Assembly: GCA_049613665.1 (NCBI GenBank)
Contig: JBMZCV010000010.1
Coordinates: 1 to 52,035 of the forward strand
Source of the DNA: Chitinophagales bacterium
Lineage (GTDB): Bacteria > Bacteroidota > Bacteroidia > Chitinophagales > UBA2359
Reading direction: 5' to 3'
Length of the DNA stretch: 52,035 nucleotides
Shown: positions 45,649 through 52,035 of the stretch, one piece after another
Layout: every line of letters begins with the position of its first letter
Position numbering within the stretch: the stretch's first letter is position 1
Program-made: the position numbers and the translations under genes
Notes under the pieces: model-generated
Told to the model about the DNA's origin: nothing
Database searches by the model: none
What the model saw: the letters and a program-made list of their open reading frames with translations, nothing else

Positions 45649-47958
45649 ATGATAATTTTAAATATTTTAGCTCCTATCTTAGCTGTTTCAGCAGGTTTCA
45701 TCTTGTTGCTTATGGTCGGAAGCGTCATCTTTTACCTTTCTTTTTACAAGAAAGTTCCTCAAGGCCAAGCCTTAGTACGCACAGGGCGAGGTGGTATTCG
45801 GGTGGCTTTCGACGAAGGTATGTTGGTTATTCCTGTTTTGCATCTTGGCGAAGTGATGGATACTTCACTAAAAAAATTGGAAATTGCTCGTATCGGAAAA
45901 GATGGTTTGATTTGTAACGACAATTTGCGAGCCGACATAAAAGTTGTATTTTTTGTGCGAGTAAATCAGAAAGAAGAAGATGTAAGAAGAGTAGCTCAAT
46001 CTATTGGTTGTACGAGAGCTTCGAGCAATGAGACACTTGTAAATCTGTTTGATGCCAAATTTTCGGAGGCTTTAAAAACGGTAGGTAAGCAGTTCAACTT
46101 TGTTGATTTATACAATTCTCGTGAAAAATTTAAGAACGAAATTTTGAATACTATCGGTCGTGACTTAAACGGCTATATTCTTGATGACTGTGCCATTGAC
46201 TATTTGGAGCAAACACCCTTAGAATATTTGAAGCCAGATAATATTTTAGATGCTCAAGGTATCAAAAAAATTACGGAACTGACTGCAAATGAAAAAATCA
46301 AAGCCAACCTTATTAGAAGAGATGAAGAAAAAACCATTAAGAAGCAAAATGTAGAAGCTCAGGAAGCTATTTTGGAATTGGATAGACAATTGGCAGAAAA
46401 ACAAGCGATTCAACATCGTGAAATTGCAACAATAAAAGCTAGAGAAGAAGCTGAAACCGAAAAAATAACACAAGAAGAACGTTTGAAATCTGAACGAGCG
46501 AGAATAACGACAGAAGAAGAAATGCAAATTGCAGAAGAAAATAAGCAACGACAAGTTATTGTGGCTCAAAAAAATAAGGAACGCACCGAAGTCGTAGAAA
46601 CCGAAAGAGTGGAAAAAGACCGTTCTTTGGAGCAAACAGAGCGTGAAAAAGTAGTGGCTTTGGCAAGTATAGAAAAAGAAAAAGCAGTAGAAGAAGAAAA
46701 GCGAAATATTCAGGAAGTGATAAGAGAGCGTGTTGTTGTGGAACGTGGCGTAGTGGAAGAAGAAGAAAAAATAAAAGATACACGAGCAGTTGCAGAAGCT
46801 GACCGTTCAAAAACTGTGGCTTTGACTGTGGCTTCGCAAAAAGCAGAGGAAATCATGGTGAGAACGGTTAAAGCAGCAGAAGCAGAAAAAGAAGCAGCAA
46901 AAATTGCAGCAGAACGCAAAGTGATTGAAGCTCAAGCCAAGAAAGATGCTGCTGGACGTGAGGCAGATGCAAAAATAATTTTGGCAGAAGCAACCGCAGC
47001 AGAAGAGGCAGCTATCGGAAAGGCAGAGGCTCAAGTGATTGAGGCAAAAGCGGAAGCTGCTGAACGTGAAGGTATGGTAGAAGCAACAATTATGGAGAAA
47101 AAAGCAGTTGTCGAAGCTAAAGCAATTGAGTTAAAAGCAGAAGCAGCGAAAAAACAGGGCTTGGCAAAGGCAGAAGTCATCGCAAAACAAGGCTTGGCAG
47201 AGGCTCAGGTAATCGAACAAAAAGCGATTTCGGAAGCAAAAGGTTTGCAAGAAAAAGGCCTGGCAGAAGCACAAGTCATTGAAAAACAAGGCTTGGCAGA
47301 GGCTCAGGTAATCGAACAAAAAGCGATTTCGGAAGCAAAAGGTTTGGAGCAGAAAGGTTTGGCAGAAGCGATTGCTTACGAGAAACAAGCACTTGCCGAA
47401 GCAAAAGGTATGCAAGAAAAAGGTCTGGCAGATGCAAAAAGTATTGAACTGAAAGCAGAAGCCATGAAAAAATTAAATGGTGTAGGCAGAGAACACGAAG
47501 AATTTAAGTTGCGATTGGAGAAAGACAAAGAAATTGCTCTGGCTCAAATCAATATTCAAAAGCACGTTTCGGAAGCACAAGCGAAAGTGATTGCAGAAGC
47601 TTTGAAATCAACGAAAATTGATATTGTTGGTGGTGAAACGATGTTTTATGACAACATCATTAACTCGGTAATGCGTGGAAAATCTATTGATAGAATGGTT
47701 GATAATAGCAATAGCTTGACTGACCTGAAACAAAATTTATTGGGCGGAGATGGAAATGCAATTGGAAAAGTGCGTGAATTTATCGCTCAATTTGGCTTAG
47801 ATACCAACGATGTCAAAAATCTAACGCTATCAAGTGCCTTGCTCAAGTTTAGTCAATTGACACAAGATGCTGGCACAAAAAATACATTGCAGCAAATGCT
47901 AGAGTCAGTTAAAAATACTGATTTGGCAACGAAAACACTTGAAAGTTTGGGCTTGTAA
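45649..47958 (+). CDS. Flotillin-like SPFH/Band-7 protein with a long Glu/Ala/Lys-rich coiled-coil repeat region.
   Basis: 769-aa ORF with an N-terminal transmembrane segment, an SPFH domain and roughly 33-aa repeats of the form KQGLAEAQVIEQKAISEAKGL. Confidence 0.75.
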   Translation: MIILNILAPILAVSAGFILLLMVGSVIFYLSFYKKVPQGQALVRTGRGGIRVAFDEGMLVIPVLHLGEVMDTSLKKLEIARIGKDGLICNDNLRADIKVVFFVRVNQKEEDVRRVAQSIGCTRASSNETLVNLFDAKFSEALKTVGKQFNFVDLYNSREKFKNEILNTIGRDLNGYILDDCAIDYLEQTPLEYLKPDNILDAQGIKKITELTANEKIKANLIRRDEEKTIKKQNVEAQEAILELDRQLAEKQAIQHREIATIKAREEAETEKITQEERLKSERARITTEEEMQIAEENKQRQVIVAQKNKERTEVVETERVEKDRSLEQTEREKVVALASIEKEKAVEEEKRNIQEVIRERVVVERGVVEEEEKIKDTRAVAEADRSKTVALTVASQKAEEIMVRTVKAAEAEKEAAKIAAERKVIEAQAKKDAAGREADAKIILAEATAAEEAAIGKAEAQVIEAKAEAAEREGMVEATIMEKKAVVEAKAIELKAEAAKKQGLAKAEVIAKQGLAEAQVIEQKAISEAKGLQEKGLAEAQVIEKQGLAEAQVIEQKAISEAKGLEQKGLAEAIAYEKQALAEAKGMQEKGLADAKSIELKAEAMKKLNGVGREHEEFKLRLEKDKEIALAQINIQKHVSEAQAKVIAEALKSTKIDIVGGETMFYDNIINSVMRGKSIDRMVDNSNSLTDLKQNLLGGDGNAIGKVREFIAQFGLDTNDVKNLTLSSALLKFSQLTQDAGTKNTLQQMLESVKNTDLATKTLESLGL
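47188..47346 (+). repeat. Tandem 99-nt repeat inside the flotillin gene, with two 60-nt blocks that are 100% identical.
   Basis: CAAGGCTTGGCAGAGGCTCAGGTAATCGAACAAAAAGCGATTTCGGAAGCAAAAGGTTTG occurs at 47188-47247 and again at 47287-47346. Confidence 0.8.
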
Positions 47959-48051
47959 GAAATATAAAATTTGTCTCTTGGCAATTTTCCAAAACTGATT
48001 TATGCACCTTGTCTGCATCTTGTAAAATAGATGTGGCAAGGTGTTTTTTTA

Positions 48052-48140
48052 GTGCCAAGCACTACTTAATAAACGGCTGATTTGCTGCTAACGCATTAAC
48101 ATATTATTGTATTACCTTCAACGAGATGTTATACTTTGTT
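48052..48140 (+). repeat. Copy of repeat family R.
   Basis: AGTGCCAAGCACTACTTAATAAACGGCTGATTTGCTGCTAACGCATTAAC...CTTCAACGAGATGT. Confidence 0.65.
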
Positions 48141-48223
48141 CTTTAATTACTTATTCTTCAAACTTTAATGTATCTTTTTCAGTCTAAAATCTTTATTCTT
48201 TTTCACTTCAAAAAAATAAAATC

Positions 48224-49480
48224 ATGCTAAAATATTTTACAAAAAACACCTTTTTCCTGCTAATAAGTTTGTTCTTCTTAACAAAATGTACGACATCAAA
48301 ACAGCAAAAAAACCTCGCTTACAAATATCAAAAAAACACCAATAGATTTACGTTCAAAAATCTTGTACATCATCAAAGTTCAGATTCTAGTACCATTTAT
48401 GTGCAGATGTCGGCCAAAAATTTGACTTTCGACGAAAACAAGGAAACACAAATTCAAACGCAAATACAAGTCTATGAACATATAAAAGAGGGTGGCTTGC
48501 TAGATACTTTTTTTAGAAATATTACCGTAAAAGAAAATCCCAGCAATACAAATATCGCTTTGTGGAAATATCTTGTGCCTATTAAAACTGAAAAAGATTA
48601 TTTGGTCGTTCTCAATATGATAGAAAAAAGTACAGGACGGCAGTTTGAAAATTCGTTTCGAGTTTGGAAAAAAGCAGAGTTGGCCAACGAAAATGAGCAA
48701 AACTTTTTGTGTATCAATACGACCAATCGGCAATTTTTGTTTGAAAACTATGCGAATGTTTCTAGCGATATTATAATGAGATATAGGCAAGAAATTTCTC
48801 CAACATTACAAGTTTCCTATTTCAAAACATCGCAGCAGTTAGCCTTGCCACCATTCGTTACAGATAGAAAAATAGTTGTGCCTTCCAAAGCCGATAGCAG
48901 TTTTCAGATACAAGGAAATTTGACTTTAGAAAAAGAAGGTATTTATTTTATACAAAAAAACAAAGGCGATAAATATGGCAAAACGATAGTTGCTGTCAGC
49001 AAAGGGTTTCCGAAACTGACTTCTGCCGAAGCTTTGACACAATCGTTGCGATATATCACACGAAACCAAGAGTATCAAATGATTATAAATGCAGAAAATA
49101 CTAAAGTGGCGATAGACAAGTTTTGGATGAAGCGTGCAGGAAGTCCTGAAAGAGGCAAAAAGTTGATTAAAGAATTTTATGGAAGAGTGCAATCTGCCAA
49201 CGAATATTTTACGAATTATATGGAAGGCTGGCAAACAGATGCTGGCTTGATTTATGTGATTTATGGCGAACCAACGGCAGTTTACGATTACTTTGGGGGC
49301 GAAGAATGGGTTTATGAAGCACGAGGAAGCTGGCCACGACAAAGTTTTTATTTCAATAGAGTTTCAACACCTTTTATGCAAGATTTTTTGAGCTTAGAAC
49401 GCAATATCCAATATGAAGAGCGTTGGCATTTGGCGGTTTATGAGTGGCGAAAAGGTATGATACAAAATGTTGGGCGGTAA
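48224..49480 (+). CDS. GWxTD-domain protein.
   Basis: 418-aa ORF with the C-terminal motif MEGWQTDAGLIYVIYGEP and a signal peptide. Confidence 0.65.
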   Translation: MLKYFTKNTFFLLISLFFLTKCTTSKQQKNLAYKYQKNTNRFTFKNLVHHQSSDSSTIYVQMSAKNLTFDENKETQIQTQIQVYEHIKEGGLLDTFFRNITVKENPSNTNIALWKYLVPIKTEKDYLVVLNMIEKSTGRQFENSFRVWKKAELANENEQNFLCINTTNRQFLFENYANVSSDIIMRYRQEISPTLQVSYFKTSQQLALPPFVTDRKIVVPSKADSSFQIQGNLTLEKEGIYFIQKNKGDKYGKTIVAVSKGFPKLTSAEALTQSLRYITRNQEYQMIINAENTKVAIDKFWMKRAGSPERGKKLIKEFYGRVQSANEYFTNYMEGWQTDAGLIYVIYGEPTAVYDYFGGEEWVYEARGSWPRQSFYFNRVSTPFMQDFLSLERNIQYEERWHLAVYEWRKGMIQNVGR

Positions 49481-49669
49481 ACAGCTAAAGTAAAACTAAA
49501 GATGGAAAGCACTTTAAAAGTGCCTTCCATCTCCTAAAGTAAATCAATGCTATTATACTCCTTTTTCTGTGCTTCCTTTTTTCGTTTCAACTCTTGTTCT
49601 ATTTCATTTATCTCAGAAGAGATAATCCATTTTTGTAGTTTTTCTACTATCATTTCCTAGATAAATTTT

Positions 49670-50164
49670 TTATTGTTTAAGTGCAGCTATGACTCTTTCA
49701 AGAAATTGTTTATCAGGACTAATCAGTCTTGCATAATCGGTTGCTCCTACAATTTCTATTTCAAATAAATAATCTAACTTCTCTCGTAATAAATCATATT
49801 TTCCTTTTTCTTTTAACCTTTTCAAATCCATAAAATAAGGTGGCATCATGTTAGTTTGAATTATTTTAACAGTTTGCCTAATATGTGGAAGCAAATTTAA
49901 AAAAGAGGCAGTATCCATTATATATTCCATCTCAATATTTCGAACATATAATGTTTGTGCATCTGCTTTCATATTATACAAAGTATGTTCAAAAGATGAC
50001 CAATTATTAGTATTTTCATGATGTTCTACACACCATACAAACTTGTAATTAGGTTCTATAATATGTTTTAAATCTAAAGCAGTTGGAAAGTCTAAAATGA
50101 CAAGATAATGCCCTTTATATAACTCTATTATCTCATTAGTTTGCATCTCATTGACTTTAAACAC
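49670..50164 (-). CDS. Hypothetical protein.
   Basis: 164-aa ORF with no recognisable motifs. Confidence 0.4.
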   Translation of the reverse strand: MFKVNEMQTNEIIELYKGHYLVILDFPTALDLKHIIEPNYKFVWCVEHHENTNNWSSFEHTLYNMKADAQTLYVRNIEMEYIMDTASFLNLLPHIRQTVKIIQTNMMPPYFMDLKRLKEKGKYDLLREKLDYLFEIEIVGATDYARLISPDKQFLERVIAALKQ

Positions 50165-50180
50165 ATTGAAAAATATTTAT

Positions 50181-51104
50181 TTAGCAAGGCAAAAAAGTCT
50201 TCCCTTCTTCCGCCAAAAAACTATTTTCAAACACACTTTTCGCCTCCTCCAAAAATGGCTGCAAATTGCGATAGCGAGATGAAAAATGGCCTATCAACAA
50301 CATTTTTGCATTCGCTTTTTTGGCTATTGTAGCCGCTTCTGTTGTTGTGGAGTGTCCACGCTCGGCGGCCATGCCTGTCATATCATCCAAATAAGTCGTT
50401 TCGTGATACAACATATCAACATTCATGATTTGCGGCAAAATATTTTCGGTGTAAGCCGTATCAGAGCAATAAGCGTAAGAATAAGTTGTTAAAGGTTCGG
50501 TAGTCAATTCAGCATTTGATATAATTTTACCGTCTGCTGTCGTAAAATCAGTACCTTGTTTGATGGCAGGAATTTTTTGATATGGAATGTCGTATTCTTC
50601 TATCTTATTCTTAATCATTTTTCTAGCACCTACTTTTTGGCGAAAAACAAAACCTGTACACGGCACACGATGTTCAAGCAACAAAGTTTCCACGATTAAA
50701 TTTTTTGTTTCTAGAATGCAAATAGGTATTTCAGCTTGTGTAGCGTGAAAAATCAAAGAAAAAGAACGCTCATAATTGCCGCTAATTTGCTGATGCAATT
50801 CCAACAAACTTTCTAAAGGAGCAGGAGCATAAATATGTAATTCTTTTGTGCGGCCCGAAAGATTGAAGCTATCTAGCAAAGGCAGCAACCCCAAATAATG
50901 GTCGCCATGAAGATGAGAGATAAAAATATGTCCGATTCGGCTCATTCGCAAGCCATATCGTTCCAACTGCATTTGCGTTCCCTCGCCGCAATCTATCAAA
51001 AAATATTCTTGCCTTATTTTCAAAAGTTGTGCAGAAGGATGTCTATTATAAGCTGGTTTTGCAGAGTTTGAACCTAAAATAGTGAGGCAAAAATCGTGAT
51101 TCAT
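50181..51104 (-). CDS. rnz: Ribonuclease Z (tRNA 3'-processing metallo-beta-lactamase).
   Basis: 307-aa ORF with the HxHxDH motif ISHLHGDHYLGL and an N-terminal TILGSNSAKP. Confidence 0.85.
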   Translation of the reverse strand: MNHDFCLTILGSNSAKPAYNRHPSAQLLKIRQEYFLIDCGEGTQMQLERYGLRMSRIGHIFISHLHGDHYLGLLPLLDSFNLSGRTKELHIYAPAPLESLLELHQQISGNYERSFSLIFHATQAEIPICILETKNLIVETLLLEHRVPCTGFVFRQKVGARKMIKNKIEEYDIPYQKIPAIKQGTDFTTADGKIISNAELTTEPLTTYSYAYCSDTAYTENILPQIMNVDMLYHETTYLDDMTGMAAERGHSTTTEAATIAKKANAKMLLIGHFSSRYRNLQPFLEEAKSVFENSFLAEEGKTFLPC

Positions 51105-51167
51105 TGATTTTATTTTTTTGGGAAGTGCAAATCTTTTCGTAAAGCTTATATAAATCCTTATTTAAGT

Positions 51168-51266
51168 AGTCAGACAAAAATAAATATACATCTCGTTGGA
51201 GCTAACACGCTGAACATCAATGTGTTAGCAACGAATCGACCGTTTATTAAATAGTGCTTGGCACTT
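51168..51266 (-). repeat. Copy of repeat family R, nearly identical to the copy at 18988-19080.
   Basis: The reverse complement reads AGTGCCAAGCACTATTTAATAAACGGTCGATTCGTTGCTAACACATTGATGTTCAGCGTGTTAGCTCCAACGAGATGTATATTTATTTTTGTCTGAC. Confidence 0.8.
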
Positions 51267-51295
51267 ATGAAGGATTTATATAAGTTATTTTTATT

Positions 51296-51712
51296 CTAGG
51301 CTTCTTCTTTTGTTTCATTATTCTCTGCTTCTGCTGCACTATTTCCTCCTCGCAATTCTTTCATCAATTCTTCCATTTTGATAAAATCTTTTGCTTCTTG
51401 AATAGTAGGAATAAGCGTCAAAACGCTATCTAGCTGCGAAATTTTAACCAAACGTTTCACATTGTCAGTCACTTCTGTAATCACGAGCAAGCCGCCTACA
51501 TTTTGGCACAAACGATTTGCGACCAAAATAGCACTCAAACCAGATGAATCTACAAAACTAACAGCACCTAAATCGAGTATAATATTTTTGACACCTTCAT
51601 TGTTCAAAATTGCCATTGATGTTTTCAAATCTGGTGCAACTAATGTATTAAGTTTTTGTTCCAACACACTCAATACTGTATATGTTTCTTTTTTATCTAA
51701 TGATATTTTCAT
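51296..51712 (-). CDS. STAS-domain anti-sigma-factor antagonist (SpoIIAA-like).
   Basis: 138-aa ORF. ILDLGAVSFVDSSGLSAILVANR is a typical STAS motif with a phosphorylatable Ser. Confidence 0.7.
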   Translation of the reverse strand: MKISLDKKETYTVLSVLEQKLNTLVAPDLKTSMAILNNEGVKNIILDLGAVSFVDSSGLSAILVANRLCQNVGGLLVITEVTDNVKRLVKISQLDSVLTLIPTIQEAKDFIKMEELMKELRGGNSAAEAENNETKEEA

Positions 51713-51958
51713 TGTCGTATAATCAGCTTTTGATTAATAATTTTTAGGCTGCAAATATAAATAAACATTTAGCTTTACAGCAAATTTTAACATTTTTTGG
51801 CTTATAACAAAATAATTTATTCGTCATATTATTATTTTGTATTTTTTAAGCAAAAATTTAGACAATGTAATCAATAATAATTACTTTTTTAAATTTTTTC
51901 GCAAAAAAATATTTTAAGCTTATTTTCGTCATTTTTTGTATTTTTTATTATATTTTCA

Positions 51959-52035
51959 CAATAGTTCGGACATTTATAGTTTTTTTTATCAAAGGTTTAA
52001 ACATACTATTTTTTTTAGGCTAAGGTGGCCAATAT
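51959..52035 (+). mobile_element. MITE-like repeat element, copy C, truncated by the window edge.
   Basis: CAATAGTTCGGACATTTATAGTTTTTTTTATCAAAGGTTTAAACATACTATTTTTTTTAGGCTAAGGTGGCCAATAT matches copies A and B. Confidence 0.7.

Noticed and set aside
45437-45652. 71-aa plus-strand ORF upstream of the flotillin gene.
   Set aside because: It reads straight through an R-family intergenic repeat copy (45473-45575), has low-complexity composition and no start context. It is most likely a false ORF.
46246-47415. Minus-strand ORFs inside the flotillin gene (46246-46635, 46556-46810, 46710-46919, 46807-47034, 47131-47415).
   Set aside because: They are antisense to the GAA/GCA-rich coiled-coil repeats. 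Their Cys/Phe/Leu-rich translations are typical repeat shadows.
18988-51266. Possibility that the dispersed R-family repeats form a CRISPR array.
   Set aside because: The copies are about 90 bp long, diverged, on both strands, and separated by whole genes. There is no regular repeat-spacer periodicity.
1-52035. tRNA, rRNA or tmRNA genes.
   Set aside because: No cloverleaf-consistent segments with T-loop (GGTTCGAATCC-like) or anticodon-arm signatures were seen. No rRNA-like conserved blocks and no tmRNA tag-reading frame were found.

Overview
This is a 52-kb, A+T-rich chromosomal segment that most likely comes from a Bacteroidota genome. The evidence is a T9SS-type C-terminal domain on a secreted HExxH protease, a GWxTD protein, tandem lepB paralogs, a lamin-tail-domain surface protein, and the absence of Shine-Dalgarno-like spacing. 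Coding density is high, with about 45 genes.

The housekeeping genes include a fadN-like beta-oxidation enzyme with an adjacent TetR regulator, sucD, fabG, recQ, rnz, two signal peptidase I genes, an Omp85-family protein, a flotillin, an LptC-like protein, and an alkylation-repair enzyme.

The most notable locus is a minus-strand operon at 8510-11667 (cysM, a JAMM protease, a CysO-like carrier ending in GG-SF, and a MoeZ-like E1-rhodanese). This is a thiocarboxylate-dependent (CysO-type) cysteine synthesis route. Two tandem leader-peptide attenuators sit upstream of it and have not been annotated. The first is a 27-codon ORF with seven consecutive Cys codons, followed by a perfect intrinsic terminator 28 nt before cysM. 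The second is a 17-codon ORF with five consecutive Cys codons, followed by its own terminator.

Other features:
- A roughly 180-bp MITE-like element with 17-bp terminal inverted repeats, present in three copies; one is inserted between cysO and moeZ.
- A second, roughly 90-bp intergenic repeat family built around AGTGCCAAGCACTATTTAATAAACGG, present in at least nine copies.
- A perfect 16-bp palindrome, TACCAAACGTTTGGTA, present twice, flanking the TetR gene.
- An A+T-rich island carrying a gamma-class N6-adenine methyltransferase and a convergent candidate restriction endonuclease.
- A 79-nt near-identical tract shared by the two otherwise diverged lepB paralogs.
- A beta-lactamase-like domain, apparently catalytically dead, fused to TPR repeats and a TonB C-terminal domain.

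No tRNA genes, rRNA genes or CRISPR arrays were found.
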